Shown here: in pieces, positions 14,380-28,253 of the stretch
Position numbering within the stretch: position 1 is the stretch's first letter
Layout: each line of letters opens with the position of its first letter
NCBI RefSeq assembly: GCF_009914755.1
Contig: NC_060930.1
Source: the human T2T-CHM13v2.0 reference genome, Homo sapiens
DNA length: 64,000 bases
Strand: one strand, 5' to 3'
Position numbers and translations under genes: made by a program
Notes under the pieces: generated by a model
The model's database searches: none
Seen by the model: the letters and a program-made list of their open reading frames with translations, nothing else
What the model was told of the DNA's origin: nothing

Positions 14380-15500
14380 TGAATGCTCATTGAGCATTTC
14401 TCAAGCACCAAGTTCTAGTGCTCTTGAAATGCATTATCTAATCATTTAATCCTCATAAACATTTTATATAGTCAGGGTTCCTAGTGGCTACTCACAGAAA
14501 CCAAAGGCTAATACATAGAAATGGAATATTTTGGATGCCTCTCATGTATCCCATAAAATTGGTGTTAGAGGATTAGAGGACAAGGCTCAGGCAATGAGGA
14601 GAGGGAAGTTAAGTTATAGGGCACAGCTCACAGTCATCTCCAAGAGCCATCTGGTTAGGACCCCCCGCTACTGACCCTATACTGCCTGAGCTGCCCCAGC
14701 CACGACCAACAACCTCCTAACTATCCTCTCTTCTTTGTAACACTCCCTTGGGATCAATGTCCCAGAAGGTCAACTGATTAGTTAAACTTCAGTCATACTC
14801 TCATGTCTTAGCTGCTGGGGCTGCAGGGAGAAGGTTGATTTGTCACCTTGGGCTTCCCTCCAGTGGGAGGTGGGTCACCTTCCGTCAAGCATCCCACTAT
14901 GAGGCATTGGTCTCCAACAGGATTCATATCCTGGGCAGGGGAAAAATAGACTAAGTTGATTACCTGTAGGTACTATTTTTATTCACATCTTAGAGATGAG
15001 GAAACCTAGGCTCAGAGCGGTTCTGTAATTTATCCAAGGCCACACAGCTATTAAGTTGGTACTGCAAGGTTAAGTGATGAGCAAAGGCACAGGGGACGAG
15101 TATGTTCTGCCTTTTTATTAACCAGTTAGCTCATTCAACAAAATATAAGTTGAGTCATTATTTTGTGCCAAGAAGTGTTCTAGATGATGCAATATGATGG
15201 TGAGCTGTCTTCTTCTAGAGTGGTCCTTATCCTCTTGGTGCCTATAATCTAGCAGAGATGCAGACATCAACATAGAACTATGAAATAAAGTATACTATTA
15301 CCAATTTGTTAAGTAAGATTAAGAACAAAAATACAGAATACAATAAGAGAACCTACATTGGATGTTGGGTCATTAAGTTCTCTGAGAAAGGAGATTTTAT
15401 CTGTATAGGAGTTAGCCAGAAGAAAAACAGGAGAAATAGCGTCCCAGATAATTCCTTGTACTCAGAAACCTGGGGGAGGAGGGAGCTTGATGTGTTCAAC
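14380..15500. mobile_element. MIR interrupted by an old LTR (about 14466-14950), followed by an L2 fragment
   Basis: MIR halves tttaatcctcataaac and ttagagatgaggaaacctaggctcagag flank a tagtcagggttcc-starting LTR; L2 cattcaacaaaatat...tgtgccaag follows. Confidence 0.55.
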
Positions 15501-16233
15501 ATGACTGCATTCTTGTCTATGTGTTTTATAAATGATTTTAACTAGAGCCAATTTGCTGACTTGACAAGTTAAACTTGTCATATGTACAAAGCCAGAGTAA
15601 ACATGTGTAATTAAATAAAGACTGGGATTATGGATCATTGATTATTTCATGGCATGATGCATTCCTAAATTCTGAGTTTTAAAAAAATTAATAATTAAAA
15701 ATCCCCTGAAATAAGTAACACAATCTCTCTGAATGATGAGGAAAGCCGTATGTCTGCAATGCCCCATGAAAGGCCTCTAAACTCTGGCCTCAGTGAAATC
15801 AATCACTCTCCTGAAGTTGTCCTCAAATGTGCAGGTTTCTTTTGATGCCAGTGTGCAGGCCAGGAATGCAAAGAAGAAAGAGGCAGACCTCTGAATGTTA
15901 TGAATTTCATCTTATAAATAAAAGATTATTTCACACAACCCTCTGATGTGATGACACAGGGAGAAGCAACTGCCTTGGAGATGGTCACTTGCTATTCCCA
16001 ATGTCGACAGCTTGAACTTCTTCATGTCTTTAAGAAATGCAAGCACTATGCATATAATGGGTCCCAAAAAAATCCACCTCCTGTGAGCCAAGTTGGAAGG
16101 GCAGGAAGCAAGTATGTGTTAACTTTACAGAAATAACATGTTTATATAAGAAAGTGATTTCTGCAGCCTAGTCCAAACACACTGCCGCTCTGGAGATGAG
16201 CAATCCTTAGGAAGTTTCAAGTCCATTGTTAGT

Positions 16234-16590
16234 GTATGAGTCAGGTTAGCCTTGGTTATGCTAATGTGTCAAAGAGCTCCCATAGCGAAGTGGCTGGAAA
16301 CAACAGTATTAATTTCCTGCTCATGCTTCATGTTCATTGTGTGTAGAAAGTCTTTATTCATTGTGGTCTTTTAAGAAACAGACTGAGGGCTCCCATGAAG
16401 ACGTGCTTCCACCATAGCCAAGGGAGAGATTGTGCCCTGGTTTTTAAGACTTCCTCCTTGAGGTGTCTCTTAGCCAAGCAAGCCACATGGTTATTCTTAA
16501 CTTCAAAGTGGGTGGAAAGTGCAGCTCCACCTACTGTACCTGGCAAGAGAGGAGAACTGGAATATTCATGAATCAACCTGATGAGAAGCC
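16234..16590. mobile_element. MLT1J/K-like LTR
   Basis: tgtatgagtcaggttagccttggttatgct...ggagaggagaactggaatattcatgaa. Confidence 0.65.
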
Positions 16591-17049
16591 CAGAGCAAAT
16601 GAAGATAAGATATCTGTCTAGGCCTAGATGGACATTGTAGGGCCTCAGAAGTATCACCAACAGTCACAATGAAGCCTTTGCTCTGTCCTCCACTGTGTTC
16701 TGTGTATCAGCCAGGATCCAGGCCAGAAAACAGAAATTAAGTACTTCAGCTCTAGAGGAAATTGATTAGTGATACAGTGTTGGAAGAACTGAAAGAGGAA
16801 AAGGGAGGAGAAGGTTGGAAGATATAAATGAACAAGTGATTCCCAGAGGTCACAAAGCTAATGCCCCTGGGATGGAGTCCCTGAGCCCACCACTGCCCTG
16901 CGTTGTTGGAGATGCTGTCACAGTTGGTTCTGGATGTGCCACTGAAATGCCACCATACCAAGGGCTGAAACTGTCACCAGCAATGTTGACACAGCTGCAC
17001 AGCTTCCATTGGCAGAACTTGAATGGTGTCTGCAGATTAGATAGCAGTG

Positions 17050-17245
17050 TCATTTCATTTCTTGGTGCTAATGGTTCCTTTGTGGTTATGTAGGACAATT
17101 TACCCATATTTTAAAAATACACACTGAAGTGTTAGTGGGCAACAGAACATCATTTTGGCAAATTACTCTCAAAAGATTCAACTGAAAAAAATCCTTTGTA
17201 TTTTCTTAGTTGCAACTTATTTGTAAGTTTGAGATTATTCCATTT
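17050..17245 (+). mobile_element. L1MC/MD-type 3'UTR fragment
   Basis: tgtggttatgtagga...acacactgaagtgtt...ttgcaacttatttgtaagtttgagatt. Confidence 0.65.
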
Positions 17246-17259
17246 TTTTCAATTTAGAA

Positions 17260-17530
17260 ATCGAGCATAGGACCACTAGTGGGTCACCTGAACAACAAAC
17301 ATATTCTTTTCTCCCCCATGTAAAGTGACAGGCCCAGCTCTTCTGAAAGTCAGTCCATTGCCCAAGCCAACATGAGTCCTCTTTCCTTGCCTGCTTGTCT
17401 CTTGACACAAGGATCCTGAACTGACTGGGCAAGAGCCATAGCTTGAAATCTAATGGGACTCTTATTGTGTCTCCACATGGAAATATGGAAACGTTTGCCC
17501 TCTGAGAACCAGGACCTCTAGAATTGCAAA
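17260..17530 (-). mobile_element. ERVL/MaLR internal fragment (dUTPase-like region)
   Basis: Minus-strand peptide GDTIRVPLDFKLWLLPSQFRILVSRDKQARK resembles ERVL PGDT..IPLNWKLRLPPGHFGLL.P..QQAKK. Confidence 0.7.
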
Positions 17531-19739
17531 ACCTAAAGTTGAAAGCACACATCATCCTTGGGTGATTGATTGGGACATTCATTGGGTTCTCTGTGGTGAT
17601 GTGAGGCAACACCTCATTCTCTTCCACCCCCTTGTTTCCTAGACCCATATATCACACTTGGAAACATAGCACCACGTAACAGTTATTGATTAAGGCAGAG
17701 ACTCTCAGTAATAATAATGCTTCTCTTACCATTGCATTTTTTATTTTTTTAAATAAAAAAATAATTGCATGTAGTTTACATGCAATAAAATTCAGCAGTT
17801 TAAGTGTAGAATTCAGTGTTATCATGGCGCAGAATTTTATTACCTCAAAAGGTTCCCTCATATCACTTTTCATTCTGTGCACTCCTGCAAACCTGGGCCA
17901 TGGCAACCATTAATCTGATCTCTGTCCCTAGAGTTTAGCTTCTCCTAGAATTTCACAAAAACAGAATCATACAGTATGCCATCTTTCACATTTGGCTTAT
18001 TTGACTTTGCATACTGCTTTGAGATTCAGCCATATTGTTGTGTATATCACACAATATGTGATATGCTCCTTTTTACTCCGTGATAGTATTCTGTGACGTG
18101 CATTTGCCACAATTTATTTATAATAACCCTGAAATTAGGTAGCACAATTCCTTCAGCTTTTTCATAAGTTTTCAAAACTGTCTTGGATGATCTAGGTCAC
18201 TGCATTTGCAAATACAGTTTAAAATCAGCTTGTCAATTTCTATAAAAATGCCTGCTGGGATTTTTATTGGGATTGCATTGAAGATATAGGTCAATTTGGA
18301 GCAAGGAAACATCCTGATAGTATTGATTTCTCTATTCCATGAGTATGGTATCTCTCTACATTTATTTGGTCTTTGATCATTTTCAATAATGTTGGTTTGG
18401 TTTTTTTTAGTTTACGGTATAGACTTCTTCAATGTATTTTGTTAAATTTATCCCCAATATTTCATGTTTTTGATGCTCTTGTAAATGGTATTGTTTAAAT
18501 TTTAATTTCCAATCAATCACTGCTAGTACATAGAAATATGTGAATTCTGTGTATTGATTACGGACCTGCCAGCTTGCTAAAATCATTTAACAGTTCTAGT
18601 AGTTTTACATAAATTCTTAGGGGAATTTTTCTATGTAGACAACATGTAGTGTGTGGATAAAGTCAACTTTAATTTTGCCTTTTCAATCTGTATGCTTTTA
18701 TTTCTTTTCCTTGCCTTGTGGCATTGTGTAGGATCTCCAATATGACCTTGAATAGAAGTGTCAAAAGTGAACATTCTTGCCTTGTTTCAGATCTTAGGGG
18801 GAAAGCATGGAATCTTTTGACACTACGTACAATGTTGGCTGTAGGCTTTTTAATGATGTACTTTATCTTGTTGATAAAATTTATTTATATGCCTTGTTTT
18901 CCAAGAACTTATCAAAAATGAATGCAGAATTTTGTCAAATGTCTTTCCTGTATCTGTTGAGATGATCTTATGGTGATTCCCTTTCAGTCTGTGGATATGG
19001 TCAATTACTTTGGTTAGTTTTCAAATGTTAAATCAATCCTTATTATCATTAGATTATACTGACATATTTATGATGTATTATTTTTTATATTAGGCAAGAT
19101 TTGTTCTATAAATATTTTGTTATAGATATTCACATCTCTGATAATGAGATATATTAATCTACTTTTGATATTATGGTCATACGACCTCATAAATTGAGTT
19201 GGGAAGTATTCCATCTTTTTTTTTCCTGCAAGGGTTTATGTACAATTGGTACTATTTTTTCCCTAAGTGTATGATAGACTTCACCAATGAAGTTATCTAG
19301 GCCTGGAGGGTTTCATTTGTTTGTTTGTTGGAACATTTTTAATTAGAATTCAATTACTTTATGGATATAGTGCTATTTGGGTTATTCATTTCTTCATAAG
19401 TTTGCTAGTTCATGTCTTTAATGAATATGTCTATTTCGTCTACACTAACATATTCATTTCTGTGAAATAAAGTGATCCATAATATTCGCTTATTATCCTC
19501 TCAGTGCTAACAGAATCTGTAGTGATGGCCCTCTCTTTTAGCTGACTTTGGTAAGTTTTGTCTTCCCAATTTTACTCTGATCAGTCTGATTATAGTTCAT
19601 TAATTTTATTGACTTTTTCAAATAACACAGTTCTGATTTATTGATTTTTCTTTACTGGTTTTCTGTTTTCTATTTCATTGATTTATTATTTTATTTTTAA
19701 TATTTTTTCCTCCATCTTGGAGAGGTTTAATTTATTCTT

Positions 19740-19763
19740 CTTTCTTACTTTCTTTTCTTTCTT

Positions 19764-19814
<51 letters not shown>

Positions 19815-20076
19815 GTCCCCTAAGCTAGAGTGCAGTGGCACAATATTGCCTCACTGCAGCCTCTGCCTCCGGGGTTCAAGTGATTCTCATCTCAGCCTCC
19901 CAAGTCACTAGGATTACAGGCATGCACCACCATGCCCGGCTTTTTTTTTTACTTTTAGTAGAAACAGGGTTTCACCATGTTGTTCAGGCTGGTTTTGAAC
20001 ACTCGACCTCAAGTGATCCACCCGCCTCGGCCTCCCAAAGTGCTGGGATTACAGGTGTGAGCCACCGAGCCTGGCC
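19740..20076 (-). mobile_element. AluS with (TTTC)n-derived tail
   Basis: Reverse Alu ending gagccaccgagcctggcc; CTTT microsatellite at about 19740-19812. Confidence 0.93.
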
Positions 20077-20263
20077 TGATTTTTAGTTGTGAAGGAAGAA
20101 CACATGTTTATGCTTTCAGCCCTCTTAAGTTTATTTAGCGGATTTCCTTTACAGCCCAGAATATAATCTATCTTGATAAATATTTGTACTTGAAAATAAT
20201 GTGTTGTCTGCTGTATTGGATGAGTGTGCTATAAAAGTCAATTACAGCAAGTTGTATGATAGT

Positions 20264-21624
20264 GGTAGCAGGCTGAATAACAGCCCATAACCATATCCAG
20301 GTCCTTATCCCTGAAACCTGTGAGTGTTCCCTTATATAATATCAGGAACTTTGAAGACATGGTTAAATTAAGGACTTTGACATAAGGAGATTATCTTGGA
20401 TTATCTGAGCCCTAAATGTAATCATAGGAATCCTTGTAAGAGTCAGGAACAGAGAGATTGGCAAACAGAAGGAAAAGGCTATATGAAGACAGCAGAGAGA
20501 GATGTGAAGATGATACCCTGCTAGTCTTGAAGATGGAGAAAGGAATCCTGAGCCAAGGAATGCAAAGAATGCAGCTTTAGAAAGTGGAAAAGGCAAGGAA
20601 ATGAATGCTCACTAGAGCCTCCGCGGGAGGTGGTCCTGCTAACACCTTGCTCTCAACCTAGTGAAACTCATTTCAGAATTCTGACCTCCAGAAATCTAAG
20701 AGAATAATTTTTAAAAACGATTTATTTGGAAATTGTTATAGATTCAAAGGAAATCGGAAAGATAGTACAAAGAGATCCTTTGTACACTTCCCCAGCTTCC
20801 CCCAGTGGTTATGTCTTGTATAATGTAATATAATAGCAATTGTGTAATACAATACAATACAATATACAATACTTCTTATATAATACAGTACAATAGCAAA
20901 ACCAGGAAATTGGCATGTGTATAGTTTTATTTCTGTGTCATTTTTCCACATGTGTAGATTCACATAACCACCACCACCACATCCAAGATACGGAACTATG
21001 AGGCCAGTCTAGGCAACATAGCAAGACTCTTATCTCTACAAAAATAAATAAATAAATAAAAATTTAAAAGTAGCTGGGCATGGTGGCACATGCCTGTAAG
21101 TCCCAGCTATCCTGGAGACTGAAGCAGGAGGATGGCTCAAATCCAGGAATCCAAGGCTACATTGAGCGATGTTCCTACTACCACACTCTAGCCTGAGTAA
21201 AAGAGCAAGACCCTGTCTCAAAAAATAAAAATAAAAATAAAGAAGATTTAAAAAAAATTATTCCATGAATCACCACAAAGATCTCCTTATGCTGCCCTCA
21301 TGGTCACATCCATCCGCTTCTTCCTACCCTCCCACACCCCCCACCATCCCTAACCCCAGCAGTCACTAACCTGTTGACCATCTCTTGGCCAATTGATTTT
21401 TTTAATACTTCATTTTTTAGGGCAGTTTTAGGTTCACAGAAAAATTGAAATGAGGATACAGAGAGTTCCCATATATTCCCTGCCCCACACATGTATAGCC
21501 TCCTCCCTTATCAACATCCCCCACCAGGGTGGCATACTTGTGACAGCTGATGAAGCTAATTTGCTATGTTTTAAATGGCCAAGTTTGTAGTGATTTGTTA
21601 TAGCAGCCATGGGAAACTAGCACA
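20264..21624 (+). mobile_element. MLT1D LTR split by an L1MC/MD 3' fragment (about 20710-21557)
   Basis: 5' part 20264-20709 and 3' part about 21558-21624 (gggaaactagcaca); TSD atagt/ataat. Confidence 0.88.
20999..21245 (+). mobile_element. AluJ, 5'-truncated
   Basis: Partial left arm plus right arm with J-type ggaggatggctc; A-rich tail. Confidence 0.9.
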
Positions 21625-24600
21625 ATAATGTTGTTCAAATCATCTACATCCTGACTCATATTTATTTCATTACTGAGGGAGAAATGTAGATGTTTCCAAC
21701 TATAACTTTAGATGTGGGTTCTTTTCTTCCTTCCAGTTCTATCAGTTCTTGCTTTACGTATTTTGTACCTTTGTTATTTGTACCCCTGTTAACACATTTT
21801 ACACTATCATTTCTCTTGATGAATTTCTCCTTTCCTTATTGTAAAATGTTGATTTTTGTCTCCGGTAATATTACTTGTCCTGATATTTACTTTGACTGTC
21901 ATTAAGATAGCCATTCAAACTTTCTTTTGATTAGTGTTTTCATGAGATATTATTTTCATCCTTTTCCTTTTAATTTGTGGTTTTATATCTAAAATGGGTT
22001 TCTTATAGACAGCCTATAGTTATATCTTGCTTTTATATCCAGTCTGACAGTCTCTGACATTTAATTTTAGCATTTAGGCCATTTTTATTTCATGTAATTA
22101 TCAACATGGATACATTGAAAATGACCACTTTGCTGTCTATTTTCTATCTGTCCTATCTCCTCTCTATTCCTTTCAGATTAAATGAGTTTTGTTAATAATT
22201 TCATTTTATTTTCACTATTGGCTTGTTAGCTATACTTTTCTGTGTTGTTTTTTTATAGTTGCTCTAGGATTTACAACATATGCATTGAACTTCTCACAAT
22301 CTACATTCAAATAACATTATCTTACCTTATGTACTATATAAGAACCCGACAACAGTCTACTTACATTAAATCCTTCTGTTCTTTGGGCCACTCTTTTCAT
22401 ACATTTTACTTCTCCATATGTTATACATCCTTCAATGTATTATTGTTAGTTTTGCTTTAAGCCATCAATTATATTTTAAAGAAATAAAAATAAGAAAAAA
22501 GTTTACATATGTTTACCTATTTATCATTTGCAATACTCTTTATTTCTTTGTTTAGATCAACTCTGTATCTGGAACTATTTTTCTTTTGCTTGAAAATCTT
22601 CTTTTAAGATTTCTTGAATTCCTGCTCTGCTGATTATAAATTCTATCATCTTGTTTCTCTGGAAAAAAAAAAGTTTTTAACTTTAATTTTTGAAAAATTA
22701 CTTTTACTCTTAATTTTTTCTAATTATTTTAACTTTATTTTAATGGTTTTAAATTATTTTCACAATTCCATTGTTTTCTGGCTTGCATAGTTTCTGATAA
22801 GAAGTCTGATGTCATCCTTAACATAATTCCTCTGTGTGCAATGTTTTATTTTTCTGGCTACTGGTAAGATTTTCTCCTTATCTCTGTTTTTTTAGCAATT
22901 TAATAACATATCTTGACATGGCTTTGTTTGGTTTTATTTTCTTCTTACTTTTTGTTTTCTTTCTTGGTTACTTAGAGCTCACTGGGTTTCTGGAATTTGT
23001 AGGTTTAAAATTTTTCTTAAATTTGTAAATTGCTTTGCCATTATTTTTTTTAAATACTTTTTATTCTCCCTCCCTGCCTAAACTGCTTGATATTTTTCAC
23101 TGGCCGGTGATGCTCTGCTCATCATTTTTCAGCTTTTTAATTCTCTGTGTGTTTCAGTTTAGATAGTTTCTATTGCTGTGTTCTCAACTTTACTGTTTTT
23201 TAATACCAGCAGGATGTAGCATTAATCCCATCCAATATATAATGAATTTCATATATTGAATTTTTATCTCTAGAGTTCAGTTTTGATTTTTTTAATATCT
23301 TCTATTTCTACATCATGTTCATATTTACCTCTACCTTCATGGATATATGCAGTATATTTGTAATATCTTTTAAGTCTCTCTTTGTTTTTTGCCTGCCAGT
23401 TAGCTTTATATTATCTCCTGGATATCATCCATTTTAAATTGTTGGTTTCTGGATTTGATTCTATTTTTCTAAAAACTGTTGAATTTTTTCATTTATGAAA
23501 TTACAATTAGTTGTATCCTTTTGAAGCTATCTTTAAAGCTGTATTAGAGTAAGTCCATAACAGTCATTAATCTAGGGCTGAAATATAGCCCCAGTATTAA
23601 AGTGGGGCCCTTATGAAGATCTGTCTGATGCTTCATGTATTAAGAGGTCTTTCAGTCTCATTAGTGGGTATATTAACTAGTCCAAGTCCTGTGTGAGCTA
23701 CAAAAATTGTGGTATCTACTCTTTTTATTGGCCATTGTTCTGATTTTGGCCATAGATAATTGCCTTTCATGTATGTACAGATCAGTATTCACTCAATGAC
23801 TCAGGGGAACCCCTCTGCAAATCTCTGAAACTCTTACTTTGTCTCTGTAATTCCATCATTTCTTATATTTTGCACGTGCACATTCTAGCCTCCTTGACCT
23901 TCCTGAAGTTCAATATATGTCTCCTAAAGTTTTTAGGACTGCCAGGCTCTCGTTGGTTTTTCCTCCCTGCCCTGCAGTCTGGGAACTGCCTCCAGACCAT
24001 GTGCTGAGGCAATCATAGAGCTCACTTCATTTGTCTCCCTTCTTTCTGGGATCTCATTCTTACCTGCCTGTGGTCCAGTGTCTGTAAACCATGGTTTTAT
24101 GTATTTTGTCTGTTCTTATAGTTATTAAAGTGGAAGTGTAAATGCAGTCCCTTGTTACTTTATCTGGGCTGGAAGTGGAAGTTCTTTGAGCATTCTATAT
24201 TAATAGAGTAAACAGGGTGTCCTATGGGCATTCCTCAAAACATAGTCAGTTTGTGGGTTTTCTGGACTTAGGTTGTATATTCACTTGTGACCACTTTTCT
24301 AAGATCTCTCCCTTCACCATCTATCATGGAAGTTCTGGGATTCCTATTTCACTTAATAGAAAAAGCAATCACTTCCAAAGTCCCAAGTCAGCCTGGCTTT
24401 ATGTTTGCATTATCTTCCAGAGTTCTTGCTAGGATATTAAATTTTGTCTAGGGGGAAAGAGTTCCTGGGAAAGTATAAGATCAGCAGGGAGACACTCCCA
24501 GGAAAGAAAATAGGTAGGCGACTGTGTCTGATCTCTTTTTGAACATATTTATAACCGGACCTCCTGATAATTACATTTTCCAGAAGAGTCCTCATCTATT

Positions 24601-25454
24601 GAAGGATTGTGGCTTAACATAAACAAACCTAGAAGCTATGGATTTATGGTGCATAGCTCCTTAAAAAATGTCACATAAGCCATGCAACTATCTATCTGGG
24701 TATAAAATGGAGATATTTCCTAACATCCAATGCCTCCTGTTGTGTGACATAACCCTCACCTCACTCGGAGGCCTCACCTACTACCCTGGCCAGCACCATA
24801 TGGAAATGTGACCTGAGGAGACTCATTTGACCTAGCAGGACCCTTCCCTGGTTTGCACAGGCCACAGGACCCACCAAAAGGTATTTTCTTGATCTTGTTG
24901 CTCCTCTTTGTGCACACATTGCCTCTATTGTCTTGGCAAGCTCAGCATGTCATCAGGACTTCAATAGGATTTGGCCCTTGATATTTGCCTCATTTCCAGA
25001 AGCAGAAGATGCTGAGGCCTCAGCCCATCCTCTGGGGAGCCCTGGAACTGGGTTGATTCTCCTGATTCTTACCAAACTGAACTCAAGAGGTTCGACCTTG
25101 TACCCACATCAGTCAGGCACTGACTGTGCTTCTCTTTAAGGCAAGTGGTTCACTGTGGTCACAGGTGATAGCCAATGAAAAGTGCAGCCATGAGCCAGCA
25201 GCAACAGATATTCCCAGCAGCACTTCAGTTGTCTTGGTACGGCACCAAAGTATCCACAACATTATTCCATTTGATTTTTTAAAATTCTAGTTAAGAATCA
25301 CTAACTTGTAAAAACCAAATTGGTCATGAGCTGGAGATGAAAAAATACTGACCTGGCTCACGCTTAGGGATTTAGCACCTGGTCCTGGGCTTAGCACACA
25401 GTAGGTGACAGAATAATGCTTTAATCCCTACTTCTGCTGATGGAAACATCTCTC

Positions 25455-26225
25455 TCGTAGCTCCGGCCAAAAACATCAGGTCATGCTCAACACATCTTTT
25501 TCTGTCACATCTCACATTCTTTCCTTCACCTTGTCCAGTTGATGCCACCTTCAAGATGCAATATATTCAGAGTCTGGACCTTCTTTCCCTTCTCTGCTGC
25601 TGCCCTGTAAATCGGATCATCCCACTCTGGCTTCTTTGCTTAAAACTCTCTAATCATTCTCCATTTTATTCCGAGTAAAGGATAAGGCTTTACAATGGCC
25701 TCAGGTTCTGATGGGTTTTCTCAGCGCTCTCCCTTATCCCGTCTTCTGCTTTTCTGCCCTAGCTCCCTGCTACAGCAACACTGCCCTTCATTGTTGAATC
25801 CCCCGAGTGTGGTTCAGCCCTGGGGCATTTGCAGCAGCTGCTCCCCTGCTGGAGAGCACTTCCTTCGAATGTCTGCTCAGCTCAGTCCTTCACCTTCTTC
25901 AAGTCATTGCCCAAATAACTATCTCCCAAGAAGACCAATACTGTATACCATTCTGTTAAAATTGCCACCTGTCTCCCAGCCCCCCATCACCTCTTCCAAA
26001 TACTCTCACACTGCTTTTTTTAAAGCACTGTTCCCATCTTAGACTAAACAATTTACTTATTTATGTCTATTTTCTTATTTTCTGTCTCTTCTACTAGGCT
26101 ATCAGTCTCATGAGTGCAAAGAGTTCTATTTGTTTTCTTTTGTGGCACTGAGTTTGCTCCAGTGCCTAGAACATGGCCTGGCCCACAGAAAGTGCCCAAT
26201 AATTATTGGCTGGATCCATCGATGA
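25455..26225 (+). mobile_element. L2a
   Basis: aaatcggatcat...cttaaaactctc...; 3' end ccagtgcctagaacatggcctggcccacagaaagtgcccaataa. Confidence 0.85.
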
Positions 26226-26651
26226 CTGACTTCGAGTCTAGGTGGCTGAGCTTTAAGTTCCCCTTTCTCCAAATGTTATTCCCAGTTTTAAAAAATCTCC
26301 TGGTTCTGCTCCATGTACTGGGTGTCATATTCTTGAGCCCTACAATATGAACTTACAAAATAGTTTATTTTCAAAAGCTGTTAACTCATTTATCTGATTA
26401 CTAAATTCAAATCTGATTTAAAATTATAAATTCTTCTGGCTTATATAAATGACAAAAATGAATTCACGAAACTATCCTTTCTCATAGGAGTTTAATCTCC
26501 AAGGCTTCTGCTAGCACTGAAAACAGTCTGTGATTCTAAGAGTCAATTCACTCCCCATGACCATATCCAAATATTTTAACACCAATTCCACAGCCTGCAC
26601 AGTTGGCCGGCCCAGCTGGTCTGCAGAATCTGGGGGAGGCTCATGGCAGGC

Positions 26652-26664
26652 TGACGTCAATTGG
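26652..26664. promoter_or_regulatory. Full CRE palindrome with adjacent ATTGG (CCAAT box)
   Basis: TGACGTCA followed by ATTGG in non-repeat DNA. Motif only; no functional evidence. Confidence 0.3.
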
Positions 26665-28253
26665 CAGAGCCCAGTCTGGAAGGAGCTCCCAGTCAGCCTA
26701 CTCCCACACGCTCCTCTCTCTTCCATCCAGTGTTATCAACTCACTTTTCCTTCTCAGTATTCATCTTCTGCAGTTTTCTCCATAAAGACATCTGTGGCCT
26801 TTACAGAGTCTTTGGTCATGTTATTCTCAATCTATAACCATACCAGCAGAAAATATAGGAATTAAGCGTGAATTATTCTAATTGATACTTTTAGTTATAT
26901 TTTTATTTCTCAATATATTAATGTTAATTTCTGTAAATGTCTGAATGGACTCTGTTATGGTTTTACATTTCTTTATCCAAAAGGAAGATGAAGATGTTTG
27001 CACAGAAGAGCTGCCCAAGCAGTACAAAGCAATTGATTACAGACATGGTGACAATTGATTTACCAGTTCTCTTTACTTGCATGCCAAGGTCTGTGAATTA
27101 ATCTTTTGTTTTGCAGTTTGTGTGTGAAGACAAATCATTACCTTAGTTAGGCTCATTAAACAGGACACCTCTTTGCCGCTACAGTGTGCAAGTAAATCAA
27201 ATAGAAAAATTCCATAACAAAACTAGTGGTATTTTTGTATACAATTGGGTGGAAAAAACAAAACGAGTACAATTCATGATATAAATAGAAAATGTTTTCT
27301 GAAAATAAAAAATCTCATTTATGCTAGCATTTACTGTAATCTGAAATTTCTCCTGTTTTGTTGGCCATCTAATGTAATGATAGGATATGAGAGCCATTCT
27401 ACGTCTCCAAAAATAGAAGCAGAAAAAGGAAGAGGGAAAAACCACATTGCTGACCAGGCCAAGTTCTGATTCCTTATGTTCTCAGCCTTTCTGTGCTAAA
27501 GTATGGAATATTCCACCTGTAGGAATTATTTTGCCCATATTCTAAATGACAATTTGACACCTTTCAATTTCTCCTTCCACTTCCTCATATTCCCTCATGC
27601 TCACTCTATTCTTGGAATTTGACAGATATTTACTAATTTTTAACTTGGATATACAATTAATATCTTCCCTAACTTCTCCTGTTGTCTTCTCTCCTGTAAA
27701 TACAGCAGGTGATTAGGAGCTCACCCTGAACCTCGCCTCCCCTCTGTGCTTATTCAGGCCCGTTTTGTTCTCAGCCTGCAAGGACAGTCGCATCAAACCT
27801 TCATTTCTTTGAAGTCTCTGACTTAAATCAGCCTCTCTCTCGTTCCTCCCTTCTGCATTCCTTTAAAAAAAATACTGACCTCAATTCTCTCACATTTATT
27901 CACTCCCAAGTTATATCTGGTTGAAAAAGGAACTGGAGCACATACAATTCTTGGAGCATTAATTTGAATGGTATTTATTAGGCTCACAGCGTGCAGAGTA
28001 GTCAGCCAGGCCCCTCTGTTATCTCAAACCTGATGAATGCACCTTCTGTTTCTAATTCCGCCCCCCCCCGCTCACTCTTGAGCTCTAGAAATTCTGACTC
28101 ACTGAAACGTTTTTCACAGAAACAACTCCACAGCTTCCAGCAGCTCCTCTTCATCCAAATCCTCTCTGCACATCACCACGTGGCTCTGTCAGAAAATGTG
28201 TCTGTCAGTGAAAGTTTATACACAGCCACATTTTCCCATTAATTTTCATTTTC

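Larger units (their letters stand above)
17735..24185 (-). mobile_element. Long old L1M (3'UTR through ORF2/ORF1/5'UTR), fragmented by younger inserts
   Basis: Collinear minus-strand L1 motifs (ctgggatttttattgggattgcattgaa; ttgaatagaagtg...cattcttgccttgtt; gggtttcttatagacagc). Confidence 0.85.
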
